A stretch of 64,000 bases of DNA from Candidatus Marinacidobacterales bacterium (GTDB taxonomy: Bacteria > Acidobacteriota > Vicinamibacteria > Marinacidobacterales > SMYC01), in NCBI GenBank assembly GCA_965237955.1, contig OZ250169.1:1312001-1376000 (forward strand), in the 5' to 3' direction. This document shows, piece after piece, positions 29,200 through 42,638 of this stretch. How positions within the stretch are numbered: the first letter of the stretch is position 1; every line of letters begins with the position of its first letter. The translations under genes and the position numbers were made by a program. The notes under the pieces are model-generated. The model searched no databases. It was not told where the DNA came from and saw nothing but the letters and a program-made list of their open reading frames with translations.

Positions 29200-30288
29200 T
29201 TGCCGAAACGTACGTCTCTCTATCCTCTCCACAAGGAGCTTGGCGCCCGCATCGTCGACTTCGCCGGGTGGGAGATGCCGGTCGACTTCGGTGGCATCGT
29301 GGAAGAACACCTCAACGTGCGCGCCCAAGCTGGGCTTTTCGACGTCAGCCACATGGGCGAGCTCCTCGTCGAAGGCAAGGATGCTGAGGCATTGCTGCAA
29401 CGTCTCACGCCCAACGACGTTTCGCGACTCGTCGATGGTCAGGCGCAATACTCCGCACTCACCACCGAGGCCGGATGCTTCGTCGATGACGTGCTCGTGT
29501 ATCGCCGCGTTGAGAACCGCTACCTCGTCGTCGTGAACGCGGCCAATATCGACAAAGACTTTGCCTGGATCGAGTCCCGGGCCGAGGGCGAAGTCGAGCT
29601 CACGAACGCGAGTGACGACTACGCTCTCATGGCGCTCCAAGGGCCCAAAGCACTTGCGATTCTCCAGCCGCTCACCGGCGTCGAGCTGTCCGCGATGAAG
29701 TACTACCGCTTCGCGGACGGCGACGTTCTCGGTGAAAAAGCGATGGTCTCGCGAACGGGCTACACGGGCGAGGACGGGTTCGAGGTGATGGTCGCCTCCG
29801 AGCTCGGTGAGAAGATCGCGAGAGGGCTATTGGAAAAAGGTGCGGGCGACGGCCTCAAGCCGACCGGGCTCGCGGCACGGGATACGCTGCGCCTCGAAGC
29901 CAAGATGGCGCTCTACGGCAACGATATCGATGATGAGCACTCCGTGCTCGAAGCTGACCTTGGTTGGATCGTGAAGTGGAAGAAGGGCGAGTTTCTCGGG
30001 CGCGACGCGCTCAACCAGCAGAAAGAAGAGGGCGTAGCGAGAAAGCTCGTCGGTTTCGAGATGGTGGACCGCGGCATCGCGCGGCACGGCTATCCGGCCT
30101 TCGTCGATGGCAAGCCCGCCGGACCCGTGACCAGCGGTAGCTTCGTACCTTATTTAAAGAAGAACATCGGGCTCGTGTACCTTCCCGCCGAAGCCTGCGA
30201 AGAGGGCACGCGGTTCGAGATCGAGATTCGGGGACGCCGGGCCGAGGCCGTGGTCGTCGCCACTCCGTTCTACAAGCGAGAGAAATAG
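29200..30288 (+). CDS. gcvT: Glycine cleavage T protein (start TTG 29200 or ATG 29182)
   Basis: FAGWEMPV, GLFDVSHMGE, SRTGYTGEDGFE, ARDTLRLEA. Confidence 0.96.
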   Translation: MPKRTSLYPLHKELGARIVDFAGWEMPVDFGGIVEEHLNVRAQAGLFDVSHMGELLVEGKDAEALLQRLTPNDVSRLVDGQAQYSALTTEAGCFVDDVLVYRRVENRYLVVVNAANIDKDFAWIESRAEGEVELTNASDDYALMALQGPKALAILQPLTGVELSAMKYYRFADGDVLGEKAMVSRTGYTGEDGFEVMVASELGEKIARGLLEKGAGDGLKPTGLAARDTLRLEAKMALYGNDIDDEHSVLEADLGWIVKWKKGEFLGRDALNQQKEEGVARKLVGFEMVDRGIARHGYPAFVDGKPAGPVTSGSFVPYLKKNIGLVYLPAEACEEGTRFEIEIRGRRAEAVVVATPFYKREK

Positions 30289-30341
30289 GTCGATGGCGTG
30301 CCATTCGCGGGGCCATCAACCTATCGCTCCTGGAGAGACAT

Positions 30342-30727
30342 ATGCTTCCTGAGGACCGCAAGTACTCGAAAGAACACGAATGGATTCGACTCGACGGCGA
30401 AAAAGGGACCATCGGGATCACAGACTTCGCACAAAAAGAGCTCGGTGATGTCGTCTACGTCGAGCTTCCCGAGATCGGCGCCAAGGTCGTCGCCACCGAA
30501 GTTTTCGGGAACATCGAATCGGTGAAAGCCGTCTCCGAGCTCTTCTCTCCGGTTTCCGGCGAAGTCGTCGACGTCAACGGCAAAGTCATCGATGCCCCCG
30601 AGATGGTGAATGCCGATCCGCACGGAGACGCGTGGCTCATCGTCGTGAAGCTGGATGACCCATCGCAGCTCGACGCGTTGATGTCTGCCGCCGATTATCA
30701 AGGCTACATCGACAAGGAGGGACAGGG

Positions 30728-30731
<4 letters not shown>
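30342..30731 (+). CDS. gcvH: Glycine cleavage H protein
   Basis: [15 protein letters not shown], lipoyl-lysine motif ESVKA. Confidence 0.96.
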
Positions 30732-33586
<2,855 letters not shown>

Positions 33587-33590
33587 CGCT

Positions 33591-34578
33591 TAGGAGATCC
33601 CGGCGCTCATCGACTTGCACCGGCATCTCGATGGCAAGCTGCGTCTCGAGACCGTTCTCGATCTCGCGCTCGAGCACGACCTCGAGCTTCCCGCGCTCGA
33701 GCTCGAATCACTTCGGCCTCATCTGCAGATCGTGGAGCCGGAAGCCGATCTCGTTGGCTTTCTCAGAAGGGTTGAGCTCATGGCAAGCGTTCTCGCGGAC
33801 TAGCATGCGTGCCGCCGCGTCGCCTACGAGAACGTCGAACACGCGCGCCGTGAAGGGCTCGACTACGTTGAGCTTCGGTTCAGCCCGGTTTCATGGCCCA
33901 CGCGCATGGGCTCCAACCCGAGGGGTCGTCGAAGCCGTATGTGATGGGGCGGCAGCTGGAGTCCGTGACGTCGGATTGCCGACAAAGCTCATCGGTATTC
34001 TGAGCCGAACCTTCGGCGTTCGTGCCGTCGATGCCGAGCGCGAAGCGCTTCTCACTCTCCGCGACAAGCTCGTCGCCCTCGATCTCGCAGGCGACGAAGC
34101 AAGCGTTCCCGGAACCGAGTTCGTCGATCACTTTCGCCGCGGGCGAGACGCCGGATGGCGCATCACCGTGCATGCCGGCGAAGTCTCCGGCGCACAAAGC
34201 GTGTGGCAAGCGCTCAACGAGCTCGGAGCGACCCGCATCGGTCACGGCGTCCGCGCCACCGAGGACACGGCGCTTTTGGACTACCTCGCCGAGCACGCGA
34301 TCGGTATCGAGTCCTGCCTGACGAGCAACATCCAGACGAGCACAGTGTCGAGTCTCGAGACCCCACCCGCTCAAGGATTTTCTCGATCGCGGCATCCTGG
34401 CGACGATCAACACCGACGACCCGACGGTGAGCGGAATCGACCTGGCGCACGAGCTGACCACCGCCGCCCCCGCCGCTGGCCTGACACCCGACCACGTACG
34501 ACGGCCCAAGAAAACGCTCTGGAGATCGCCTTCCTCGAGCCCGACGAACGCAAAGCGCTGCTCAAGGCGGAGGGATAA
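33591..34578 (+). pseudogene. add: Adenosine deaminase with lost start, in-frame TAG (33801) and about 3 frameshifts
   Basis: [31 protein letters not shown] and NTDDP are spread over different frames. Confidence 0.85.
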
Positions 34579-34620
34579 GAACGTCACGGTCGTGCCACAT
34601 TCTTTGGCCACAATGACTAC

Positions 34621-35556
34621 GTGAATTGGCGTAGGGCCCTCCTGATCCCGCCCGTCTTGGGGTTTTGTCTGGGCGGCTGGACCTTCTACTACGAGCCTTC
34701 CAGTCTCGAAGTCCGGCGGTACGAGCTCACCTTGGCCGGGTGGCCGCGGGATCTCAATGGAATCGAGATCGCGCTCTTGAGCGATCTCCATGTGGGCTCG
34801 CCTTACTACGGGCTCGACAAGCTCGAAGAGGTTGTGCGTCGCGTGAACGCGAGCGAGCCGGATCTCGTGCTCTTGGCCGGGGATTACGTGATCGACGGCG
34901 TGAGCGGTGGACGGTTTGTTCCTCCGGAGGATATCGCGTCTGTCTTGGTAAAGCTCGACGCACCGCTCGGCGTGTTCGCGGTCCTGGGAAATCACGATTG
35001 GTGGCTCGATGGCCCTCGTGTACGTGGCGCGCTTGAGAACGCTGGCATTCGCGTACTCGACGATCAAGCGGTTCGTCTCTCGGAGTTTTGGGTCGTCGGT
35101 CTAGGTGATTGGTGGGAGGCATCTCCCGACATTCCCCAAGCGCTCGCGAGCATTGACAGTGAGGATGATGCGCCCGTCGTCGCGTTCACCCACAACCCTG
35201 ACGCGTTCCCGAAAATCCCGCCGCGAGTGACGTTGACGCTCGCCAGACATACCCACGGCGGCCAAGTGCGCTTTCCGTTTTGGGGCGCACCGATCGTCCC
35301 CTCGCGTTACGGTAATCGCTATGCGCACGGGCACATCGTCGAGAACGGACGGCACCTGTTCGTGACCTCCTGTCTCGGCACGAGCATTATTCCAGCTCGG
35401 TTTCGGGTGCCGCCGGAGATTGCACTCCTTCGTCTTTCCAACGAAAGCGCAGAATCGCACCGCCGGACGTCCGATGAGCGCCCGCGAGGACGGCCGCTGA
35501 CGCGCCCGCGCCAACGCCCGGCCGAGGTAAGTGAGACAAAACGAAGCCCGACCTGA
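34621..35556 (+). CDS. Metallophosphoesterase (YkuE-like)
   Basis: SDLH, GD, GNHD, HNPD, HTHGGQ. Confidence 0.88.
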   Translation: MNWRRALLIPPVLGFCLGGWTFYYEPSSLEVRRYELTLAGWPRDLNGIEIALLSDLHVGSPYYGLDKLEEVVRRVNASEPDLVLLAGDYVIDGVSGGRFVPPEDIASVLVKLDAPLGVFAVLGNHDWWLDGPRVRGALENAGIRVLDDQAVRLSEFWVVGLGDWWEASPDIPQALASIDSEDDAPVVAFTHNPDAFPKIPPRVTLTLARHTHGGQVRFPFWGAPIVPSRYGNRYAHGHIVENGRHLFVTSCLGTSIIPARFRVPPEIALLRLSNESAESHRRTSDERPRGRPLTRPRQRPAEVSETKRSPT

Positions 35557-35853
35557 ATGCTCCACACCGTTGCCACCGGGTGCGGGAACGTTCGAGCTCG
35601 GAGCCTGGTAAGGATTGAGTTCCAACATGACTGAAAATCAAAAAATACAAAAAAACTTCCGGAGGAAGTTATCACGACTCCGCTAGTCCGGGACTCTGCC
35701 AGGATTACACTGCCCTCCTAGCGAACAACTTCTACGCACTTGAGATGTGAGCGCGGAGCGCGAACAATACCGAAAGCTGAGAGCTGAAAGCCAGAAATCT
35801 AACGTCGACGGCGGACATCCCACGCCAACCGCCGTCCACTGGGAGGAAGCCAA

Positions 35854-36984
35854 ATGAACCTGGATCATCCACTCATCGCAGCCGCGGCTCAAATCAGCCC
35901 CGTCTTCATGAAGAAGAAGGAGAGCATCGAAAAATACGCCGAGTGCATTCACGAAGCAGGCCGGCAGGGCGTCGACCTCGTGGTGACTCCCGAGACGGGG
36001 ATCTCGACGTATCCGTATTGGCGCAACAACTTCGGTTACACGAATCCTGAGAGCGCTGGGCTTTGGAAAGACACGGTCGTTTCGTTCTACGACCAGTCCG
36101 TCCGTATCCCGAGCCCGGAAACGGAGCTTCTGTCGAAGGCGTGCGCGAGCGCCGGCGTCGTTGCCGTAATCGGATTGAACGAGCAAGACGATCGTGATGG
36201 CTCAGCGACGCTCTACAACACCATGCTGTTCATCGATCGCGATGGGACTCTTCTCGGACGTCACCGAAAGTTGGTGCCAACTCACCAGGAACGGTTTTTC
36301 TGGGGGCGCGGGGACGCATCGGATCTCCAGGTCTTCGACACCCACTTCGGCAAGCTCGGTGGGCTCGTCTGCTTCGAGAATCACATGACGCTCATGAAGG
36401 CGGTGATGGCCGTGAAAGGCGAAGAAGTGCACGCCGCGTGTTGGCCCGGATGGTGGAGCTACGGCGGTAAAGGGAATTCCGTCAGGGACATGACCGGCGA
36501 GGTTCGGCCGCTCTACTTGTCGGATCAGGACTCGGCGATACGAGAGTACGCGTTCGAAACGCAAACCTTTGTCGTGAGCGCGTCGATGTACATGCCCGAG
36601 GACGCGGTTCCCGACGATTTTCCCTACAAGAAGACGGCGTCGTGGAAGTGGGCGATGGGTGGCAGCGCCATCGCGAATCCGTTTGGTGCCTATGTCAAGG
36701 AGCCCGTGTTCCATCGCGAGGAGCTCGTCATCGCCGAGCTCGACCCGAAAGATCGGATCGTCGCCAAAAACGTCTTCGATTGCATGGGGCACTACAGCCG
36801 CTGGGACGTTGTCTCGCTCCGGGTACGCGACGAAGACTTCGGGCCGACCGGGGTCGCGTCACCGCCGCGACGCATCAAGCTCGAGCACGTGGAGGCGGTC
36901 GCGGAAAAACACCACCTCTCACCCGAAAAAGTGGAAACGATCCTGCGCGAGTTGGAGACACTCGCGGTGGACGTCGAGGGCTAG
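35854..36984 (+). CDS. Nitrilase / carbon-nitrogen hydrolase
   Basis: PE, HRKLVPT and CFEN catalytic triad motifs; D.MGHYSR.D. Confidence 0.9.
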   Translation: MNLDHPLIAAAAQISPVFMKKKESIEKYAECIHEAGRQGVDLVVTPETGISTYPYWRNNFGYTNPESAGLWKDTVVSFYDQSVRIPSPETELLSKACASAGVVAVIGLNEQDDRDGSATLYNTMLFIDRDGTLLGRHRKLVPTHQERFFWGRGDASDLQVFDTHFGKLGGLVCFENHMTLMKAVMAVKGEEVHAACWPGWWSYGGKGNSVRDMTGEVRPLYLSDQDSAIREYAFETQTFVVSASMYMPEDAVPDDFPYKKTASWKWAMGGSAIANPFGAYVKEPVFHREELVIAELDPKDRIVAKNVFDCMGHYSRWDVVSLRVRDEDFGPTGVASPPRRIKLEHVEAVAEKHHLSPEKVETILRELETLAVDVEG

Positions 36985-37475
36985 GCCGCGTCCGTTTTGG
37001 CGCCGGTGAGCTCGCGCTGGAAGGCGTTGGCGACGGCGTTTTGCTGGAGGAGATAGTAGCCCTCGACGAGGAGAGCAACGCCGCTGTAGATCAGCGCGAG
37101 GTAGCCGAGTCCGCCGTGAATCCACGATGGGATGGCCCGGGTGTGGGCGGCGCCGCCGAGAACGAACGTTGCCATGAGTAACCCCATGCCGCCAAATGCC
37201 CACGGCAGCACTTTGGCTTTGATGCGACGGCTTTCGGCCAGACGTTTCTTGCCTTTTCCATGCTCCTGGACGGCGCGCTTGATGTTTCCGGACATTCCGG
37301 CGAAATAGAAATAAGTCATGGTGTGGGTGAACACGGCGAGCATCGCGGCGGCGAGGGCGAGCATGAAGTGGCGTCCGAACGCGCCGCCCCCCTCGGGGAT
37401 CTTGATACCATAAAATACAGTGATGCTGATAGCGGCGATGGACAGGAGGTTCAACGTGAGTAGGCCGATGGTCAT
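36981..37475 (-). CDS. Hypothetical membrane protein with about 4 TM helices
   Basis: Hydrophobic helices with His residues; TATAAT 11 nt upstream of the ATG. Confidence 0.7.
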   Translation of the reverse strand: MTIGLLTLNLLSIAAISITVFYGIKIPEGGGAFGRHFMLALAAAMLAVFTHTMTYFYFAGMSGNIKRAVQEHGKGKKRLAESRRIKAKVLPWAFGGMGLLMATFVLGGAAHTRAIPSWIHGGLGYLALIYSGVALLVEGYYLLQQNAVANAFQRELTGAKTDAA

Positions 37476-37539
37476 GAGGAGCGCACATTATATATGGATT
37501 GGGTTGGCCATAAGCCTCGCGGCAGCCGCGCCTGCGCTC

Positions 37540-37698
37540 ATCGACGACGGACTTGCCGACGAGTACGAAGTTCTGATCTACCCGACGCGCGTGGTCATCG
37601 ATCGCAACGGACGGGTCCGCTACCGCGTCGAGGGTTTCGCCGAAGAAAGCTTCCGAGCTCTCGAGGGCGTGGTGGAGCGTCTTCTGGCAGAGAGTTGA
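37540..37698 (+). pseudogene. C-terminal fragment of a TlpA/peroxiredoxin-like thioredoxin fold
   Basis: LADEYEVLIYPTRVVIDRNGRVRYRVEGF...VERLL with no CxxC half. Confidence 0.55.
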
Positions 37699-37702
37699 TC
37701 GC

Positions 37703-38542
37703 ATGAGCCGCAAGCAGCGAGAGAAACGATCGCGGGCGAAAAGCGACGCGAAGGCGCCGAGCGCGCCCGATCGCGAGCGGTCCGCGCCGGCGGCCAAGAA
37801 AGCCGACGCCACCATCAACAAACTCGGGCTCATCGTCGCCGTGGTTGGGCTCGGCGGGCTCTTTGGGCTCGTTCTGTTCCTCGGGGAGGGACCACCGCCC
37901 GCCTCCACGAGCGCAACCGAATCGAGTGAGCCCAAGGCCGAAGCGGAACCGGAAGAGCCGCCGGTCGAAAGATGGCAGGCCGCGTTCTTGCAAGAGGTCC
38001 CGATCGATCCCGGTCGAGATTTCTTCCGTGGTCCCGAAGACGCTCGCGTGAGCATCGTGGAGTTCACCGATTTCGAATGTCCGTTCTGCACGGTTGCTCA
38101 CACATCCCTCAAAGAAATATTGGAGCGATATCCATCGGACGTGCGGCTGGTGTACAAGAACTTTCCACTCGACATGGCGTGCAACGCCGACATGGCGCAA
38201 CAACTCCATCCCTATGCGTGCAAGGCAGCGGTCATGGCGCGCTGTGCCGGTGCCAAGAATCCCCAACTGTTCTGGCGCTTCCACGATGCGATCTTCGAAG
38301 GCGAGGGGTTCAACGACGAGTGGTTGGACGCGAAGGCGACGGAGCTCGGGCTCACCGGAGAGAGCTTCGCGAGCTGCGTGACCGGAAGGGAAGCGTTCGA
38401 CGAAGTGCGCGCCGATATCGAGCTCGCGCGCTCGCTCGGCGTGAACGCCACACCGACGGTGTACGTCAACGGTCGCGTCGCGCCGTCGTATCAAACCGAT
38501 GCGCTCGTCGAGATCATCGACCACATCATTGACTCGAACTGA
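37703..38542 (+). CDS. DsbA-like thioredoxin-fold membrane-anchored protein
   Basis: IVEFTDFECPFC, KNFPL, GVNATPTVYVNG. Confidence 0.88.
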   Translation: MSRKQREKRSRAKSDAKAPSAPDRERSAPAAKKADATINKLGLIVAVVGLGGLFGLVLFLGEGPPPASTSATESSEPKAEAEPEEPPVERWQAAFLQEVPIDPGRDFFRGPEDARVSIVEFTDFECPFCTVAHTSLKEILERYPSDVRLVYKNFPLDMACNADMAQQLHPYACKAAVMARCAGAKNPQLFWRFHDAIFEGEGFNDEWLDAKATELGLTGESFASCVTGREAFDEVRADIELARSLGVNATPTVYVNGRVAPSYQTDALVEIIDHIIDSN

Positions 38543-41390
38543 GGCGCTACCCATCGACAAAGTTTTTGCGGCGGTCCGGAAGCAGTCTCCTGCAGACGCG
38601 TGGTCTCGCGGCGTAACCCTTGCCCGTCGAGGCGCGGTCTCCATCGATTCTCGGAGCGATGAAGAAGTCGCAGCTCGGGTCGACATCCAAGGCTCGCCGT
38701 TGTCGCCGTCGGTCACTCTCTATCTCGAAGACGTCGAGTGGGAGTGTGATTGCGACAGTCCTCTCGATGCGTGCGAGCACGTCGCGGCGGTCGTGATCGC
38801 GTGTCGCCAGGGTGCGGAGAAGCCGAGGGTCGCCCGTTCGATCGAGTACCGGCTGCGACGTATTCCGGAGGGTTTTTTCTTCGAACGCGGTGTCGCGACT
38901 GAGGAAGACGAAGACGAACAGTTTCATGTCATCGAGGTCCCGCTAGACGCGTTGGCTGCGGGACGTTTTCAAGGTCCGGATGTCGCTGCGACTCCCGATG
39001 ATCTCACCGTCGAGAAAGCACTTCGTGGGACTCTTCGCGGGGTCATCACCCGTGAGGCCGCTCCGCGAGTGTTCCGAGCGCTCGCGCGCGTGGACCGCGT
39101 AACCCTGGACGGAAAGCCGGTACGAGTTTCCGGCGAGCCTCGCCGTCCGATTGTCGTCGTGGAAGATGCACCGGGGGGATTTCGCGTTCGTCTCGAGACG
39201 GCCGATTCGCCTGATTCGAATGATGACGACGTGCTCCGCCCAGATGGTGATGCGCCGCTTTCCGGTCGAGAGCTTCACGACCTGCGACGGGAGCGAATTT
39301 TTCGGCGGGAGGACGTCGGCGAGCTCGTGGGATCGGTGCTACCGTCTCTGGCCAAACGCGTGGCGCTCGACGTGAGAACGAAACGGCTTCCGTCCTCGGC
39401 GCGCGAGCGGCCCCGCATGGCGCTCACGTTGCGGCGCGACGGAGACAATCTTTACGTGCTGCCAGGTATCGTGTACGGCGATCCGCCGGTGGCGCGCGTC
39501 GACGGCGAGCGGGTCGTTTCTCTCCGAGGTGTCGTGCCATTGAGGGATCCCGAGGCGGAGGCGGCGGTCTCGAAACGCTTTCTCCATGAGCTCGGCCTCC
39601 ACACCGGGCGAGGCGAAGAGCTTGCGACCGAGGACGCGCTCGAGTTCGTCGCCTCGGTCAAAGGCTTCGATGGACACATCGAAGGCGACGGCCTGGTCGC
39701 GTTTCAGCTCGGTCCCGAGCTCGCTCCGAATCTTTCGCTCCATGCGGACGACCTCGAGCTCGACTTCGGTAGCGTCGATGCGAGAACCGTTCTTCGGGCG
39801 TGGCGCGATGGGTCCTCGCTCGTCCGGCTGAGCGAAGGCGGTTTCGCGCCGCTACCGCTCGACTGGCTCGAGCGCTACGGCACCCAGGTCGCGGATCTTC
39901 TCGCGGCACGCGCGGCGCGCGGTGAGCTTCCACGCTCGTCGCTTCCCGATCTCGCGCGCTTGTGCGAGGAGCTCGACGCGCCGACACCGCCAGGGTTCGA
40001 GAGACTCCGCACACTCGTCGAGGACTTCACTGCGCTGCCCGAAGCCGGTGTTCCCGACGAGCTCCATCGTAAGCTTCGAGAGTATCAACGCCAAGGTGTG
40101 AACTGGCTGGCGTTTCTCAAACGAGCGGAGCTCGGAGCGCTTCTCGCCGACGATATGGGGCTCGGGAAAACACTTCAGGCCTTGTGCGTCCTCGAGCGGC
40201 GGAGTCTCGTCGTTGCGCCTATTAGCGTTCTCCAGAACTGGGTCGCTGAGGCCCGGCGTTTCCGTCCGGAGCTTTCCGTCAGTGTGTATCACGGCCCCGA
40301 CCGAGCTCTCGACGAACGCCCCGATGTTACCGTCACCAGCCACGCGCTCTTGCGGATCGATCGTGAAATCCTGAGCGCGCTCGAGTGGGATACCGTCGTG
40401 ATCGACGAATCCCAGACCATCCGGAACCCGGACACCGAGCTCGCCCGGGCCGCGTACACGTTGCGTGCCCGGTTTCGGGTGAGCTTGACGGGAACCCCGA
40501 TCGAGAATCGCCTCGTCGACTTGTGGAGCCAGATGCACTTTCTCAATCCCGGCTTTCTCGGAGAGGTTTCGGATTTCGAAGAGCGCTACGTGCGGCCGGT
40601 CGAGCGCGGTGAGTCCGAGCCCCTCGCTCGACTTCGAAAGCGCATCCGTCCGTTTTTCCTACGAAGGCTCAAAAGCGTCGTGGCGCCGGAGCTTCCGCCG
40701 CGAACCGAGATCACGTTGCGCGCTGAGCTCAGCGAGGATGAACGTGCCGTGTATGACACTGTGCGTCTCGCCGCGCGCCGAGACGTCCTCACCAAACTCG
40801 AGAAGAAGGGAAACGTGCTCGCGGCGCTCGAAGCTTTGTTGCGCTTGCGACAAGCGGCGTGTCACCCGGCGCTGGTGCCGGGCCAACACGCGGAGACGTC
40901 GTCGAAGACGGAGCTTCTACTCGAAACGCTCGAGACCGCGGCATCCGAAGGGCACAAAGCGCTCGTGTTCTCCCAGTGGACGTCGATGCTCGATCTGCTC
41001 GAGCCGCACATGGCGTCCCATGGCCTCGAGTACGTGCGGCTCGATGGAACGACTATGGACCGCGCCGCGGTCGTGGATCGCTTCCAAACCGATGACGACG
41101 TTTCCGTTTTTCTCATCTCGCTCAAGGCGGGCGGCACCGGTCTCAACCTCACGGCCGCCGATCACGTGTTCCTTTTCGATCCCTGGTGGAATCCGGCGGT
41201 AGAAGAACAAGCGTTCGATCGAGCCCACCGCATCGGTCAGGACAAGCCCGTGTTCGTACACCGGCTCGTGGCGGCGAATACGGTGGAAGAGCGCATCCTT
41301 CTTCTCCAGGAGTACAAGCGCGCACTTTCCGATGTGACCACCGGCGCGACAACATTGACCCGAGACATTCTGCTGCAGCTCCTGGAGTGA
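38529..41390 (+). CDS. SWIM zinc finger + SNF2-family helicase
   Basis: CDC...CEH, LADDMGLGKT, DESQ, TGTPIEN, SLKAGGTGLNLT, WWNPAVE.QA.DRAHRIGQ. Confidence 0.92.
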   Translation: MTRTEALPIDKVFAAVRKQSPADAWSRGVTLARRGAVSIDSRSDEEVAARVDIQGSPLSPSVTLYLEDVEWECDCDSPLDACEHVAAVVIACRQGAEKPRVARSIEYRLRRIPEGFFFERGVATEEDEDEQFHVIEVPLDALAAGRFQGPDVAATPDDLTVEKALRGTLRGVITREAAPRVFRALARVDRVTLDGKPVRVSGEPRRPIVVVEDAPGGFRVRLETADSPDSNDDDVLRPDGDAPLSGRELHDLRRERIFRREDVGELVGSVLPSLAKRVALDVRTKRLPSSARERPRMALTLRRDGDNLYVLPGIVYGDPPVARVDGERVVSLRGVVPLRDPEAEAAVSKRFLHELGLHTGRGEELATEDALEFVASVKGFDGHIEGDGLVAFQLGPELAPNLSLHADDLELDFGSVDARTVLRAWRDGSSLVRLSEGGFAPLPLDWLERYGTQVADLLAARAARGELPRSSLPDLARLCEELDAPTPPGFERLRTLVEDFTALPEAGVPDELHRKLREYQRQGVNWLAFLKRAELGALLADDMGLGKTLQALCVLERRSLVVAPISVLQNWVAEARRFRPELSVSVYHGPDRALDERPDVTVTSHALLRIDREILSALEWDTVVIDESQTIRNPDTELARAAYTLRARFRVSLTGTPIENRLVDLWSQMHFLNPGFLGEVSDFEERYVRPVERGESEPLARLRKRIRPFFLRRLKSVVAPELPPRTEITLRAELSEDERAVYDTVRLAARRDVLTKLEKKGNVLAALEALLRLRQAACHPALVPGQHAETSSKTELLLETLETAASEGHKALVFSQWTSMLDLLEPHMASHGLEYVRLDGTTMDRAAVVDRFQTDDDVSVFLISLKAGGTGLNLTAADHVFLFDPWWNPAVEEQAFDRAHRIGQDKPVFVHRLVAANTVEERILLLQEYKRALSDVTTGATTLTRDILLQLLE

Positions 41391-41408
41391 CGCTAGAATG
41401 CGCGCATC

Positions 41409-42560
41409 ATGAAGCTTCCCAGTCAGCGGCATCTTTTCGATATTCCCGACGACGTCACCTACTTGAATTGCGCGTACATGTCTCCGTTGATGCATTGCGT
41501 GCGGGACGCCGGCGTTCGAGGGCTCGGGCAAAAGTGCCGGCCGTGGGAGATCCACACCAAGCATTTCTTCGAGGGCTCGGATAGGTTGCGTGAGGCGTTT
41601 GCCGAGCTCGTGCACGCGAGCCCGGAAGACATCGCGATCGTTCCCGCGGCGAGCTACGGCGTCTCGACGGCGGCTAAGAATCTGCCGCTCGCTCGCGGCC
41701 AGAGCGTTTTAGTCGTCGACCAACAGTTCCCCTCGAACATCTATCCGTGGCGCGAGCGGGCGAAAGAAGTCGGCGCCGAGGTACGCACTCTCGACCGTCC
41801 GGAAGAAGACGACTGGACGACGGCCGTTCTCGAGGCTATCGACGACACGACCGCGATTCTCGCGCTCCCTCATTGCCGCTGGACCGACGGTGGCCTGTTC
41901 GATCTCGAAAAACTCTCAGCCCGTTGCCGCGAGAGATCGATCGCGCTTGCCCTCGACGTGACCCAGTCCGCCGGCGCGTTCCCTCTCGATGTCAGGCGCA
42001 TCCAGCCCGATTTCCTTACAGCCGCGACCTACAAATGGCTCATGGGACCGTACTCGCTCGGCGTGCTCTATGTTTCCAAACGCTGGCAACAAGAAGGGCG
42101 CCCCATCGAGCACAACTGGGTCCATCGAAAAAATGCCGAGAACTTCGCGCGCCTCATCGACTACCAGGACGAGTTCGCCCCCGGCGCGGTGCGCTACGAC
42201 GTCGGCGAGCGGTCGAACTTCGCGCTCGTCCCCGCTGCCGAGGCCGGGATCCGGCAGCTTCTGGAGTGGGGCGTCGAGAACATCCAGGAGACCGTCGCGG
42301 CGCTGACCCGCTCCATCGCCGAGCGCGCACGCGCGCTGGGACTGGAGTCCGTGCCGGCAGAAAAGCGTGCCGGCCACTATCTAGGCTTGAAAAAGCCGGG
42401 CGGGCTTCCGGAAGGACTTCTCCGGAAGCTGGCCGAGCGCAATGTCTTCGTCAGCGTAAGGGGCCCGTCCATCCGCGTCACCCCCCACGTCTACAACGAC
42501 GAGAGAGACGCGGATCGCTTCATCGCCGCTCTAAAGGACGTTCTTCACCTGGCGCGATGA
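41409..42560 (+). CDS. PLP-dependent class V aminotransferase (cysteine desulfurase/kynureninase-like)
   Basis: YLNCA, DVTQSAG, YKWLMGP, IRVTPHVYN. Confidence 0.88.
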   Translation: MKLPSQRHLFDIPDDVTYLNCAYMSPLMHCVRDAGVRGLGQKCRPWEIHTKHFFEGSDRLREAFAELVHASPEDIAIVPAASYGVSTAAKNLPLARGQSVLVVDQQFPSNIYPWRERAKEVGAEVRTLDRPEEDDWTTAVLEAIDDTTAILALPHCRWTDGGLFDLEKLSARCRERSIALALDVTQSAGAFPLDVRRIQPDFLTAATYKWLMGPYSLGVLYVSKRWQQEGRPIEHNWVHRKNAENFARLIDYQDEFAPGAVRYDVGERSNFALVPAAEAGIRQLLEWGVENIQETVAALTRSIAERARALGLESVPAEKRAGHYLGLKKPGGLPEGLLRKLAERNVFVSVRGPSIRVTPHVYNDERDADRFIAALKDVLHLAR

Positions 42561-42638
42561 CGTCGGCGATATTTGGGTCATGGACGTCGCTCAGCAGTAG
42601 CAACCTCGCCACCGTCCGTTCTATGATGCCCAAGTTCC

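Noticed and set aside
37420-37540. Two divergent genes sharing a CATG start at 37473-37476
   Set aside because: The plus-strand N-terminus overlaps the TATAAT promoter of the minus gene and the ORF is only a thioredoxin-fold fragment, so a functional overlap is unsupported.
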